A stretch of 64,000 nucleotides of DNA, taken from NCBI GenBank assembly GCA_964016885.1, contig OZ024750.1, positions 34,100,001 through 34,164,000 of the forward strand. Reading direction: 5' to 3'. Below the pieces are notes generated by a model. It had not been told where the DNA came from, searched no databases, and saw only the letters and a list, made by a program, of their open reading frames with translations. This DNA is from Eledone cirrhosa (taxonomy: Eukaryota). A program made the position numbers and the translations under genes. This document shows, in pieces, positions 32,057 to 45,800 of this stretch. The first letter of the stretch is position 1, and every line of letters begins with the position of its first letter.

Positions 32057-32575
32057 AGGCAGTGAATTGGCAGAGTTGTTAGAACATGAGATAGAATACT
32101 TTGCAGTATTTATTCCACTTTTCTGCTCATTGAGGTCAACTTTGCCTTTCATTTTTTTGAGGTTGATAAAAAAAAAAAAATGTACCAGTCTTGTACTGGA
32201 GTTGATTCTTCCTCTATGTCTCATTCTCACTTTCAATCCCCCTCTAGAAGAAATCTGCTGTATTCAGACCTGGAGAGGAGATGGGCTCCACCAGGTTTTA
32301 AAAAATGCTTCCCAAAATGCTATATGCCACCACAGCGCCTCTATGACTCCATCAGAAGTTACAGTACCATACCATATTTCATGTCATTGGTGTATTGGCA
32401 GTATCGGTAGAGGGTCGGACGCCATGCTTTCCAGCATAGTTATGTCCCTTTACGGTCTGAGTTCAAATCCTGCCGAGGTTAACTTTGCCTTTCATCCTTA
32501 CGGGGTCGATAAAATAAAGTACCAGTAATGTACTCGGTAATTGCTGGGCTTGTGCCAAAAGTAGAAACAATTAAT
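32057..32575 (+). mobile_element. Two family-A SINEs: a long-tail variant (~32057-32360) and a young copy (~32395-32575)
   Basis: Alignment to the other copies in the window. Confidence 0.82.
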
Positions 32576-33224
32576 TATTTAACCTCTTCGTGACTGTATT
32601 TTCAATAAAATACACTGAATTTGTATTCCAACTTATTTTGAAAATAGTCAAGAATTTTGAACAATTCAGTAAAATTGTTTAATATTTTCTTTATTAGGTT
32701 AATGAAAATAATTTAACAAATGTTTCTTACATATAATTATGGTGGCAAGTTGTAATTTAATCACGAACACGTCAAAACAAATGGTTTTGTATGATAGAAC
32801 CAGAGGCAATTCCAGGCAGGTTGATATTGGAAGAATTAATACACTCAAGTCTTTTTTTCTTTCTTTCATATTAACAAATAATTTCTTGTTTTGTTTGCTA
32901 AAGGCTGATATCATGATGTCTATAGAAATTGTATTGCTTTGAAAGATAAATAACATTAATAAGAAGTTTGTCTGTTTATGTAATTTAAATTTGAAGTGTT
33001 TAGTTGAAATAATGTAAAAGTGGATGTGATCTGTAGCTATTTACACAAAAGCATTCGAAGACATATTTTAGGGATCTGAAAAGTTGAGTGAATCTCTGTA
33101 GAGCAAAAACGAAAACGAGAAGAAATAAACAAAAAAGACAGACAAACCCAGAATAACATAGTTGATAAAATAAATGTCAAGAAATATTGTAATGTGATGA
33201 GGTGAGATAAAATATGTAAGCAGA

Positions 33225-33453
33225 TTAACCCTTTAGCATTCAAACCGGCCATATCCGGCCAGAAATGTCTCCCCTCTTTCTGTTCAAATCGGCTGTAACT
33301 GGCCACACATACTGATGTTAAGGTATTGTTCTGAAGATAAATAATATCAAAATCTCATAGATTCGATATTATATGAGATAATTATGTAAGATAAAGTGTT
33401 TACTACCAAAATACAATAGTATATATAGAGTAATGTGAATGCTAAAGGGTTAG
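33225..33453 (-). mobile_element. Complete piggyBac-type MITE
   Basis: TTAA|CCCTTTAGCATTCA...TGAATGCTAAAGGG|TTAG. Confidence 0.88.
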
Positions 33454-33621
33454 AGAAATATCAAAAATTTAGTTGAAGGAAAAACAATATCCTGAATGAA
33501 ACTTTAGTATCAATAATTCTCATAATTATATTTCTATTTCTTGAATGACATTATTAATTGGCTCAGGTGAGATATATAGGTAATATAGAAGTATAAAGTA
33601 GGGATTGAAATTCCTGAATTA

Positions 33622-33890
33622 GGTAGAGCCACTGCTTCTCCGAATTGAGAGATCACGGCTCCGATACTATGGGCATGTGGTTAGTATGTCTTAGGAATGA
33701 ATCGCTGGACGGATTTTATTGGCAAACCAACCTGCAGGAGACCCAGGGGTAGACCATGAATTCAGCTGGTCCTGCTTGGGGATCCAGCCGGGTCAGTTGG
33801 AAACGGATGTTTCTGACAGGACCTGCTGGAAGGAGTGTTTGAGGACTCTGCCCCCACGACGCTCTCTAGCATAAGTGGGCGAAGAAGTAG
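33622..33890 (+). mobile_element. RTE LINE 3' fragment (family of 27140), abutting the 30-bp satellite
   Basis: GGTAGAGCCACTGCTTCTCCGAATTGAGAGATCACGGCTCCGATACTATGGGCATGTGGTTAG encodes VEPLLLRIERSRLRYYGHVV. The fragment ends ATAAGTGGGCGAAGAAGTAG. Confidence 0.85.
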
Positions 33891-36800
33891 TTTATGGTCT
33901 TACAGGGTAAAGTTAGTAAGGTTATGTTCTTACAGTATAAAATTAGTAATGTTATGGTCTTAGAATGTAAAGTTAGTAATGTTATGGTCTTACAGAGTAA
34001 AGTTAGTGAGGTTGTGGTCTTACAGGGTAAAGTTAGTGAGGATGTGGTCTTACAGGATAAAGTTAGTGAGGTTGTGGTCTTACAGGGTAAAGTTAGTGAG
34101 GTTGTGGTCTTACAGGGTAAAGTTAGTGAGGTTGTAGTCTTACAGGGTAAAGTTAGTGAGGTTGTGGTCTTACAGGGTAAAGTTAGTAATGTTATGGTCT
34201 TACAGGGTAAAGTTAGTGAGGTTGTAGTCTTACAGGGTAAAGTTAGTGAGGTTGTGGTCTTACAGGATAAAGTTAGTGAGGTTGTGGTCTTACAGGGTAA
34301 AGTTAGTGAGGTTGTGGTCTTACAGGGTAAAGTTAGTGAGGTTGTGGTCTTACAGGGTAAAGTTAGTGAGGTTGTGGTCTTACAGGGTAAAGTTAGTGAG
34401 GTTGTAGTCTTACAGGGTAAAGTTAGTGAGGTTGTGGTCTTACAGGGTAAAGTTAGTGAGGTTGTGGTCTTACAGGGTAAAGTTAGTGAGGTTGTGGTCT
34501 TACAGGGTAAAGTTAGTGAGGTTGTGGTCTTACAGGGTAAAGTTAGTGAGGTTATGGTCTTACAGGGTAAAGTTAGTGAGGTTGTGGTCTTACAGGGTAA
34601 AGTTAGTGAGGTTGTGGTCTTACAGGGTAAAGTTAGTGAGGTTGTGGTCTTACAGGGTAAAGTTAGTGAGGTTATGGTCTTACAGGGTAAAGTTAGTGAG
34701 GTTGTGGTCTTACAGGGTAAAGTTAGTGAGGTTGTGGTCTTACAGGGTAAAGTTAGTGAGGTTGTGGTCTTACAGGGTAAAGTTAGTGAGGTTGTGGTCT
34801 TACAGGGTAAAGTTCGTGAGGTTGTAGTCTTACAGGGTAAAGTTAGTGAGGTTGTGGTCTTACAGGGTAAAGTTAGTGAGGTTGTGGTCTTACAGGGTAA
34901 AGTTAGTGAGGTTGTGGTCTTACAGGGTAAAGTTAGTGAGGTTATGGTCTTACAGGGTAAAGTTAGTGAGGTTGTGGTCTTACAGGGTAAGTTAGTGAGG
35001 TTGTGGTCTTACAGGGTAAAGTTAGTGAGGTTGTGGTCTTGCAGGGTAAAGTTAGTGAGGTTGTGGTCTTACAGGGTAAAGTTAGTGAGGTTGTGGTCTT
35101 ACAGGGTAAAGTTAGTGAGGTTGTGGTCTTACAGGCTAAAGTTAGTAATGTTATGGTCTTACAGGGTAAAGTTAGTGAGGTTGTGGTCTTACAGGGTAAA
35201 GTTAGTGAGGTTGTGGTCTTACAGGGTAAAGTTAGTGAGGTTGTGGTCTTACAGGGTAAAGTTAGTGAGGTTATGGTCTTGCAGGGTAAAGTTAGTGAGG
35301 TTGTGGTCTTACAGGATAAAGTTAGTGAGGTTGTGGTCTTACAGGGTAAAGTTAGTGAGGTTGTGGTCTTACAGGGTAAAGTTAGTGAGGTTGTGGTCTT
35401 ACAGGATAAAGTTAGTGAGGTTGTGGTCTTACAGGGTAAAGTTAGTGAGGTTGTGGTCTTACAGGCTAAAGTTAGTAATGTTATGGTCTTACAGGGTAAA
35501 GTTAGTGAGGTTGTGGTCTTACAGGGTAAAGTTAGTGAGGTTGTGGTTTTACAGGGTAAAGTTAGTGAGGTTGTGGTCTTACAGGGTAAAGTTAGTGAGG
35601 TTGTAGTCTTACAGGGTAAAGTTAGTGAGGTTGTGGTCTTACAGGGTAAAGTTAGTAATGTTATGGTCTTACAGGGTAAAGTTAGTGAGGTTGTAGTCTT
35701 ACAGGGTAAAGTTAGTGAGGTTGTGGTCTTACAGGGTAAAGTTAGTAATGTTATGGTCTTACAGGGTAAAGTTAGTGAGGTTGTAGTCTTACAGGGTAAA
35801 GTTAGTGAGGTTGTGGTCTTACAGGGTAAAGTTAGTGAGGTTGTGGTCTTACAGGGTAAAGTTAGTGAGGTTGTAGTCTTACAGGGTAAAGTTAGTTAGG
35901 TTGTGGTCTTACAGGGTAAAGTTAGTAATGTTATGGTCTTACAGGGTAAAGTTAGTAATGTTATGGTCTTACAGGGTAAAGTTAGTAATGTTATGGTCTT
36001 ACAGGGTAAAGTTAGTGAGGTTGTGGTCTTACAGGGTAAAGTTAGTAATGTTATGGTCTTACAGGGTAAAGTTAGTGAGGTTATGGTCTTACAGGGTAAA
36101 GTTAGTGAGGTTGTGGTCTTACAGGGTAAAGTTAGTGAGGTTGTGGTCTTACAGGGTAAAGTTAGTAATGTTATGGTCTTACAGGGTAAAGTTAGTGAGG
36201 TTATGGTCTTACAGGGTAAAGTTAGTGAGGTTGTGGTCTTACAGGGTAAAGTTAGTGAGGTTGTGGTCTTACAGGGTAAAGTTAGTGAGGTTGTGGTCTT
36301 ACAGGGTAAAGTTAGTGAGGTTGTGGTCTTACAGGGTAAAGTTAGTAATGTTATGGTCTTACAGGGTAAAGTTAGTGAGGTTATGGTCTTACAGGGTAAA
36401 GTTAGTGAGGTTGTGGTCTTACAGGGTAAAGTTAGTGAGGTTGTGGTCTTACAGGGTAAAGTTAGTGAGTTGTGGTCTTACAGGGTAAAGTTAGTGAGGT
36501 TATGGTCTTACAGGGTAAAGTTAGTGAGGTTGTAGTCTTACAGGGTAAAGTTAGTGAGGTTGTAGTCTTACAGGGTAAAGTTAGTGAGGTTGTGGTCTTA
36601 CAGGGTAAAGTTAGTGAGGTTGTAGTCTTACAGGGTAAAGTTAGTAATGTTATGGTCTTACAGGGTAAAGTTAGTGAGGTTGTGGTCTTACAGGGTAAAG
36701 TTAGTGAGGTTGTGGTCTTACAGGGTAAAGTTAGTAATGTTATGGTCTTACAGGGTAAAGTTAGTAATGTTATGGTCTTACAGGGTAAAGTTAGTGAGGT

Positions 36801-39800
36801 TGTGGTCTTACAGGGTAAAGTTAGTGAGGTTGTGGTCTTACAGGGTAAAGTTAGTAATGTTATGGTCTTACAGGGTAAAGTTAGTGAGGTTATGGTCTTA
36901 CAGGGTAAAGTTAGTGAGGTTGTGGTCTTACAGGGTAAAGTTAGTGAGGTTGTGGTCTTACAGGGTAAAGTTAGTAATGTTATGGTCTTACAGGGTAAAG
37001 TTAGTGAGGTTGTAGTCTTACAGGGTAAAGTTAGTGAGGTTGTGGTCTTACAGGGTAAAGTTAGTGAGGTTGTGGTCTTACAGGGTAAAGTTAGTGAGGT
37101 TGTGGTCTTACAGGGTAAAGTTAGTGAGGTTGTGGTCTTACAGGGTAAAGTTAGTGAGGTTGTGGTCTTACAGGGTAAAGTTAGTAATGTTATGGTCTTA
37201 CAGGGTAAAGTTAGTGAGGTTGTAGTCTTACAGGGTAAAGTTAGTGAGGTTGTGGTCTTACAGGGTAAAGTTAGTGAGGTTGTGGTCTTACAGGGTAAAG
37301 TTAGTGAGGTTGTAGTCTTACAGGGTAAAGTTAGTTAGGTTGTGGTCTTACAGGGTAAAGTTAGTAATGTTATGGTCTTACAGGGTAAAGTTAGTAATGT
37401 TATGGTCTTACAGGGTAAAGTTAGTAATGTTATGGTCTTACAGGGTAAAGTTAGTGAGGTTGTGGTCTTACAGGGTAAAGTTAGTAATGTTATGGTCTTA
37501 CAGGGTAAAGTTAGTGAGGTTGTGGTCTTACAGGGTAAAGTTAGTGAGGTTGTAGTCTTACAGGGTAAAGTTAGTGAGGTTGTGGTCTTACAGGGTAAAG
37601 TTAGTGAGGTTGTGGTCTTACAGGGTAAAGTTAGTGAGGTTGTGGTCTTACAGGGTAAAGTTAGTAATGTTATGGTCTTACAGGGTAAAGTTAGTGAGGT
37701 TGTAGTCTTACAGGGTAAAGTTAGTGAGGTTGTGGTCTTACAGGGTAAAGTTAGTGAGGTTGTAGTCTTACAGGGTAAAGTTAGTGAGGTTGTGGTCTTA
37801 CAAGGTAAAGTTAGTGAGGTTATGGTCTTACAGGGTAAAGTTAGTAATGTTATGGTCTTACAGGGTAAAGTTAGTGAGGTTGTGGTCTTACAGGGTAAAG
37901 TTAGTAATGTTATGGTCTTACAGGGTAAAGTTAGTGAGGTTGTGGTCTTACAGGGTAAAGTTAGTAATGTTATGGTCTTACAGGGTAAAGTTAGTGAGGT
38001 TGTGGTCTTACAGGGTAAAGTTAGTAATGTTATGGTCTTACAGGGTAAAGTTAGTGAGGTTGTAGTCTTACAGGGTAAAGTTAGTGTGGTTATGGTCTTA
38101 CAGGGTAAAGTTAGTAATGTTATGGTCTTACAGGGTAAAGTTAGTGAGGTTGTAGTCTTACAGGGTAAAGTTAGTGAGGTTGTGGTCTTACAGGGTAAAG
38201 TTAGTAATGTTATGGTCTTACAGGGTAAAGTTAGTAATGTTATGGTCTTACAGGGTAAAGTTAGTGAGGTTGTGGTCTTACAGGGTAAAGTTAGTGAGGT
38301 TGTGGTCTTACAGGGTAAAGTTAGTAATGTTATGGTCTTACAGGGTAAAGTTAGTGAGGTTATGGTCTTACAGGGTAAAGTTAGTAATGTTATGGTCTTA
38401 CAGGGTAAAGTTAGTGAGGTTGTGGTCTTACAGGGTAAAGTTAGTGAGGTTGTAGTCTTACAGGGTAAAGTTAGTAATGTTATGGTCTTACAGGGTAAAG
38501 TTAGTAATGTTATGGTCTTACAGGGTAAAGTTAGTGAGGTTGTAGTCTTACATGGTAAAGTTAGTGAGGTTGTAGTCTTACAGGGTAAAGTTAGTGAGGT
38601 TATGGTCTTACAGGGTAAAGTTAGTAATGTTATGGTCTTACAGGGTAAAGTTAGTGAGGTTGTAGACTTACAGGGTAAAGTTAGTGAGGTTGTGGTCTTA
38701 CAGGGTAAAGTTAGTAATGTTATGGTCTTACAGTGTAAAGTTAGTGAGGTTGTGGTCTTACAGGGTAAAGTTAGTGAGGTTGTGGTCTTACAGGGTAAAG
38801 TTAGTGAGGTTGTGGTCTTACAGGATAAAGTTAGTGAGTTTGTGGTCTTACAGGGTAAAGTTAGTGAGGTTGTGGTCTTACAGGATAAAGTTAGTGAGGT
38901 TGTGGTCTTACAGGGTAAAGTTAGTGAGGTTGTGGTCTTACAGGGTAAAGTTAGTAATGTTATGGTCTTACAGGGTAAAGTTAGTGAGGTTATGGTCTTA
39001 CAGGGTAAAGTTAGTGAGGTTGTGGTCTTACAGGGTAAAGTTAGTGAGGTTGTGGTCTTACAGGGTAAAGTTAGTGAGGTTGTGGTCTTACAGGGTAAAG
39101 TTAGTGAGGTTATGGTCTTACAGGGTAAAGTTAGTGAGGTTGTAGTCTTACAGGGTAAAGTTAGTGAGGTTGTAGTCTTACAGGGTAAAGTTAGTGAGGT
39201 TGTGGTCTTACAGGGTAAAGTTAGTGAGGTTGTAGTCTTACAGGGTAAAGTTAGTAATGTTATGGTCTTACAGGGTAAAGTTAGTGAGGTTGTGGTCTTA
39301 CAGGGTAAAGTTAGTGAGGTTGTGGTCTTACAGGGTAAAGTTAGTAATGTTATGGTCTTACAGGGTAAAGTTAGTAATGTTATGGTCTTACAGGGTAAAG
39401 TTAGTGAGGTTGTGGTCTTACAGGGTAAAGTTAGTGAGGTTGTGGTCTTACAGGGTAAAGTTAGTAATGTTATGGTCTTACAGGGTAAAGTTAGTGAGGT
39501 TATGGTCTTACAGGGTAAAGTTAGTGAGGTTGTGGTCTTACAGGGTAAAGTTAGTGAGGTTGTGGTCTTACAGGGTAAAGTTAGTAATGTTATGGTCTTA
39601 CAGGGTAAAGTTAGTGAGGTTGTAGTCTTACAGGGTAAAGTTAGTGAGGTTGTGGTCTTACAGGGTAAAGTTAGTGAGGTTGTGGTCTTACAGGGTAAAG
39701 TTAGTGAGGTTGTGGTCTTACAGGGTAAAGTTAGTGAGGTTGTGGTCTTACAGGGTAAAGTTAGTGAGGTTGTGGTCTTACAGGGTAAAGTTAGTAATGT

Positions 39801-42800
39801 TATGGTCTTACAGGGTAAAGTTAGTGAGGTTGTAGTCTTACAGGATAAAGTTAGTGAGGTTGTGGTCTTACAGGGTAAAGTTAGTGAGGTTGTGGTCTTA
39901 CAGGGTAAAGTTAGTGAGGTTGTAGTCTTACAGGGTAAAGTTAGTGAGGTTGTGGTCTTACAGGGTAAAGTTAGTAATGTTATGGTCTTACAGGGTAAAG
40001 TTAGTAATGTTATGGTCTTACAGGGTAAAGTTAGTAATGTTATGGTCTTACAGGGTAAAGTTAGTGAGGTTGTGGTCTTACAGGGTAAAGTTAGTAATGT
40101 TATGGTCTTACAGGGTAAAGTTAGTGAGGTTGTGGTCTTACAGGGTAAAGTTAGTGAGGTTGTAGTCTTACAGGGTAAAGTTAGTGAGGTTGTGGTCTTA
40201 CAGGGTAAAGTTAGTGAGGTTGTGGTCTTACAGGGTAAAGTTAGTGAGGTTGTGGTCTTACAGGGTAAAGTTAGTAATGTTATGGTCTTACAGGGTAAAG
40301 TTAGTGAGGTTGTAGTCTTACAGGGTAAAGTTAGTGAGGTTGTGGTCTTACAGGGTAAAGTTAGTGAGGTTATGGTCTTACAGGGTAAAGTTAGTAATGT
40401 TATGGTCTTACAGGGTAAAGTTAGTTAGGTTGTGGTCTTACAGGGTAAAGTTAGTAATGTTATGGTCTTACAGGGTAAAGTTAGTGAGGTTGTGGTCTTA
40501 CAGGGTAAAGTTAGTAATGTTATGGTCTTACAGGGTAAAGTTAGTGAGGTTGTGGTCTTACAGGGTAAAGTTAGTAATGTTATGGTCTTACAGGGTAAAG
40601 TTAGTGAGGTTGTAGTCTTACAGGGTAAAGTTAGTGTGGTTATGGTCTTACAGGGTAAAGTTAGTAATGTTATGGTCTTACAGGGTAAAGTTAGTGAGGT
40701 TGTAGTCTTACAGGGTAAAGTTAGTGAGGTTGTGGTCTTACAGGGTAAAGTTAGTAATGTTATGGTCTTACAGGGTAAAGTTAGTAATGTTATGGTCTTA
40801 CAGGGTAAAGTTAGTAATGTTATGGTCTTACAGGGTAAAGTTAGTAATGTTATGGTCTTACAGGGTAAAGTTAGTAATGTTATGGTCTTACAGGGTAAAG
40901 TTAGTAATGTTATGGTCTTACAGGGTAAAGTTAGTGAGGTTGTGGTCTTACAGGGTAAAGTTAGTGAGGTTGTGGTCTTACAGGGTAAAGTTAGTAATGT
41001 TATGGTCTTACAGGGTAAAGTTAGTGAGGTTATGGTCTTACAGGGTAAAGTTAGTAATGTTATGGTCTTACAGGGTAAAGTTAGTGCGGTTGTGGTCTTA
41101 CAGGGTAAAGTTAGTGAGGTTGTGGTCTTACAGGGTAAAGTTAGTGAGGTTGTGGTCTTACAGGGTAAAGTTAGTAATGTTATGGTCTAAAAGGGTAAAG
41201 TTAGTGAGGTTGTAGACTTACAGGGTAAAGTTAGTGAGGTTGTGGTCTTACAGGGTAAAGTTAGTAATGTTATGGTCTTACAGGGTAAAGTTAGTAATGT
41301 TATGGTCTTACAGGGTAAAGTTAGTGAGGTTGTAGTCTTACAGGGTAAAGTTAGTGAGGTTGTAGTCTTACAGGGTAAAGTTAGTGAGGTTATGGTCTTA
41401 CAGGGTAAAGTTAGTAATGTTATGGTCTTACAGGGTAAAGTTAGTGAGGTTGTAGACTTACAGGGTAAAGTTAGTGAGGTTGTGGTCTTACAGGGTAAAG
41501 TTAGTAATGTTATGGTCTTACAGTGTAAAGTTAGTGAGGTTGTGGTCTTACAGGGTAAAGTTAGTGAGGTTGTGGTCTTACAGGGTAAAGTTAGTGAGGT
41601 TGTGGTCTTACAGGATAAAGTTAGTGAGGTTGTGGTCTTACAGGGTAAAGTTAGTGAGGTTGTGGTCTTACAGGATAAAGTTAGTGAGGTTGTGGTCTTA
41701 CAGGGTAAAGTTAGTGAGGTTGTGGTCTTACAGGGTAAAGTTAGTGAGGTTGTGGTCTTACAGGGTAAAGTTAGTGAGGTTGTGGTCTTACAGGATAAAG
41801 TTAGTGAGGTTGTGGTCTTACAGGGTAAAGTTAGTGAGGTTGTGGTCTTACAGGGTAAAGTTAGTAATGTTATGGTATTACAGGGTAAAGTTAGTGAGGT
41901 TGTAGTCTTACAGGGTAAAGTTAGTGAGGTTGTGGTCTTACAGGGTTAAAGTTAGTAATGTTATGGTCTTACAGGGTAAAGTTAGTGAGGTTGTGGTCTT
42001 ACAGGGTAAAGTTAGTGAGGTTGTGGTCTTACAGGGTAAAGTTAGTGAGGTTGTGGTCTTACAGGGTAAAGTTAGTGAGGTTGTAGTCTTACAGGGTAAA
42101 GTTAGTGAGGTTGTGGTCTTACAGGGTAAAGTTAGTGAGGTTGTGGTCTTACAGGATAAAGTTAGTGAGGTTGTGGTCTTACAGGGTAAAGTTAGTGAGG
42201 TTGTGGTCTTACAGAGTAAAGTTAGTGAGGTTGTGGTCTTACAGGGTAAAGTTAGTGAGGTTGTGGTCTTACAGGCTAAAGTTAGTAATGTTATGGTCTT
42301 ACAGGGTAAAGTTAGTGAGGTTGTGGTTTTACAGGGTAAAGTTAGTGAGGTTGTGGTCTTACAGGGTAAAGTTAGTGAGGTTGTGGTCTTACAGGATAAA
42401 GTTAGTGAGGTTGTGGTTTTACAGGGTAAAGTTAGTGAGGTTGTGGTCTTACAGGGTAAAGTTAGTGAGGTTGTGGTTTTACAGGGTAAAGTTAGTGAGG
42501 TTGTGGTCTTACAGGGTAAAGTTAGTGAGGTTGTGGTCTTACAGGGTAAAGTTAGTGAGGTTGTGGTTTTACAGGGTAAAGTTAGTGAGGTTGTGGTCTT
42601 ACAGGGTAAAGTTAGTGAGGTTGTGGTCTTACAGGGTAAAGTTAGTGAGGTTATGGTCTTACAGGGTAAAGTTAGTGAGGTTGTGGTCTTACAGGGTAAA
42701 GTTAGTGAGGTTGTGGTCTTACAGGGTAAAGTTAGTGAGGTTGTGGTCTTACAGGGTAAAGTTAGTGAGGTTGTGGTCTTACAGGGTAAAGTTAGTGAGG

Positions 42801-45800
42801 TTGTGGTCTTACAGGGTAAAGTTACTGAGGTTATGGTCTTACAGGGTAAAGTTAGTGAGGTTGTGGTCTTACAGGGTAAAGTTAGTGAGGTTGTGGTCTT
42901 ACAGGGTAAAGTTAGTGAGGTTGTGGTCTTACAGGGTAAAGTTAGTGAGGTTGTGGTCTTACAGGGTAAAGTTAGTGAGGTTGTGGTCCTACAGGGTAAA
43001 GTTAGTGAGGTTGTGGTTTTACAGGGTAAAGTTAGTGAGGTTGTGGTCTTACAGGGTAAAGTTAGTGAGGTTGTGGTTTTACAGGGTAAAGTTAGTGAGG
43101 TTGTGGTTTTACAGGGTAAAGTTAGTGAGGTTGTGGTCTTACAGGGTAAAGTTAGTGAGGTTGTGGTCTTACAGGGTAAAGTTAGTGAGGTTGTGGTTTT
43201 ACAGGGTAAAGTTAGTGAGGTTGTGGTCTTACAGGGTAAAGTTAGTGAGGTTGTGGTCTTACAGGGTAAAGTTAGTGAGGTTGTGGTTTTACAGGGTAAA
43301 GTTAGTGAGGTTGTGGTCTTACAGGGTAAAGTTAGTGAGGTTGTGGTTTTACAGGGTAAAGTTAGTGAGGTTGTGGTCTTACAGGGTAAAGTTAGTGAGG
43401 TTGTGGTCTTACAGGGTAAAGTTAGTGAGGTTGTGGTTTTACAGGGTAAAGTTAGTGAGGTTGTGGTCTTACAGGGTAAAGTTAGTGAGGTTGTGGTCTT
43501 ACAGGGTAAAGTTAGTGAGGTTGTGGTCTTACAGGGTAAAGTTAGTGAGGTTATGGTCTTACAGGGTAAAGTTAGTGAGGTTGTGGTCTTACAGGGTAAA
43601 GTTAGTGAGGTTGTGGTCTTACAGGGTAAAGTTAGTGAGGTTGTGGTCTTACAGGGTAAAGTTAGTGAGGTTGTGGTCTTACAGGGTAAAGTTAGTGAGG
43701 TTGTGGTCTTACAGGGTAAAGTTAGTGAGGTTGTGGTCTTACAGGGTAAAGTTAGTGAGGTTGTGGTTTTACAGGGTAAAGTTAGTGAGGTTGTGGTCTT
43801 ACAGGGTAAAGTTAGTGAGGTTGTGGTCTTACAGGGTAAAGTTAGTGAGGTTGTAGTCTTACAGGGTAAAGTTAGTGAGGTTGTGGTCTTACAGGGTAAA
43901 GTTAGTAATGTTATGGTCTTACAGGGTAAAGTTAGTAATGTTATGGTCTTACAGGGTAAAGTTAGTGAGGTTATGGTCTTACAGGGTAAAGTTAGTGAGG
44001 TTGTGGTCTTACAGGGTAAAGTTAGTGAGGTTGTGGTCTTACAGGGTAAAGTTAGTGAGGTTGTGGTCTTACAGGATAAAGTTAGTGAGGTTGTGGTCTT
44101 ACAGGGTAAAGTTAGTGAGGTTGTGGTCTTACAGGATAAAGTTAGTGAGGTTGTGGTCTTACAGGGTAAAGTTAGTGAGGTTGTGGTCTTACAGGGTAAA
44201 GTTAGTGAGGTTGTGGTCTTACAGGGTAAAGTTAGTGAGGTTGTGGTCTTACAGGATAAAGTTAGTGAGGTTGTGGTCTTACAGGGTAAAGTTAGTGAGG
44301 TTGTGGTCTTACAGGGTAAAGTTAGTAATGTTATGGTATTACAGGGTAAAGTTAGTGAGGTTGTAGTCTTACAGGGTAAAGTTAGTGAGGTTGTGGTCTT
44401 ACAGGGTTAAAGTTAGTAATGTTATGGTCTTACAGGGTAAAGTTAGTGAGGTTGTGGTCTTACAGGGTAAAGTTAGTGAGGTTGTGGTCTTACAGGGTAA
44501 AGTTAGTGAGGTTGTGGTCTTACAGGGTAAAGTTAGTGAGGTTGTAGTCTTACAGGGTAAAGTTAGTGAGGTTGTGGTCTTACAGGGTAAAGTTAGTGAG
44601 GTTGTGGTCTTACAGGATAAAGTTAGTGAGGTTGTGGTCTTACAGGGTAAAGTTAGTGAGGTTGTGGTCTTACAGAGTAAAGTTAGTGAGGTTGTGGTCT
44701 TACAGGGTAAAGTTAGTGAGGTTGTGGTCTTACAGGCTAAAGTTAGTAATGTTATGGTCTTACAGGGTAAAGTTAGTGAGGTTGTGGTTTTACAGGGTAA
44801 AGTTAGTGAGGTTGTGGTCTTACAGGGTAAAGTTAGTGAGGTTGTGGTCTTACAGGATAAAGTTAGTGAGGTTGTGGTTTTACAGGGTAAAGTTAGTGAG
44901 GTTGTGGTCTTACAGGGTAAAGTTAGTGAGGTTGTGGTTTTACAGGGTAAAGTTAGTGAGGTTGTGGTCTTACAGGGTAAAGTTAGTGAGGTTGTGGTCT
45001 TACAGGGTAAAGTTAGTGAGGTTGTGGTTTTACAGGGTAAAGTTAGTGAGGTTGTGGTCTTACAGGGTAAAGTTAGTGAGGTTGTGGTCTTACAGGGTAA
45101 AGTTAGTGAGGTTATGGTCTTACAGGGTAAAGTTAGTGAGGTTGTGGTCTTACAGGGTAAAGTTAGTGAGGTTGTGGTCTTACAGGGTAAAGTTAGTGAG
45201 GTTGTGGTCTTACAGGGTAAAGTTAGTGAGGTTGTGGTCTTACAGGGTAAAGTTAGTGAGGTTGTGGTCTTACAGGGTAAAGTTACTGAGGTTATGGTCT
45301 TACAGGGTAAAGTTAGTGAGGTTGTGGTCTTACAGGGTAAAGTTAGTGAGGTTGTGGTCTTACAGGGTAAAGTTAGTGAGGTTGTGGTCTTACAGGGTAA
45401 AGTTAGTGAGGTTGTGGTCTTACAGGGTAAAGTTAGTGAGGTTGTGGTCCTACAGGGTAAAGTTAGTGAGGTTGTGGTTTTACAGGGTAAAGTTAGTGAG
45501 GTTGTGGTCTTACAGGGTAAAGTTAGTGAGGTTGTGGTTTTACAGGGTAAAGTTAGTGAGGTTGTGGTTTTACAGGGTAAAGTTAGTGAGGTTGTGGTCT
45601 TACAGGGTAAAGTTAGTGAGGTTGTGGTCTTACAGGGTAAAGTTAGTGAGGTTGTGGTTTTACAGGGTAAAGTTAGTGAGGTTGTGGTCTTACAGGGTAA
45701 AGTTAGTGAGGTTGTGGTCTTACAGGGTAAAGTTAGTGAGGTTGTGGTTTTACAGGGTAAAGTTAGTGAGGTTGTGGTCTTACAGGGTAAAGTTAGTGAG

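Noticed and set aside
32067-32528. 153-aa ORF, and the similar ORF at 10956-11174 ending FAFHPYGVDKIKYQ
   Set aside because: Both are read-through translations of family-A SINE sequence.
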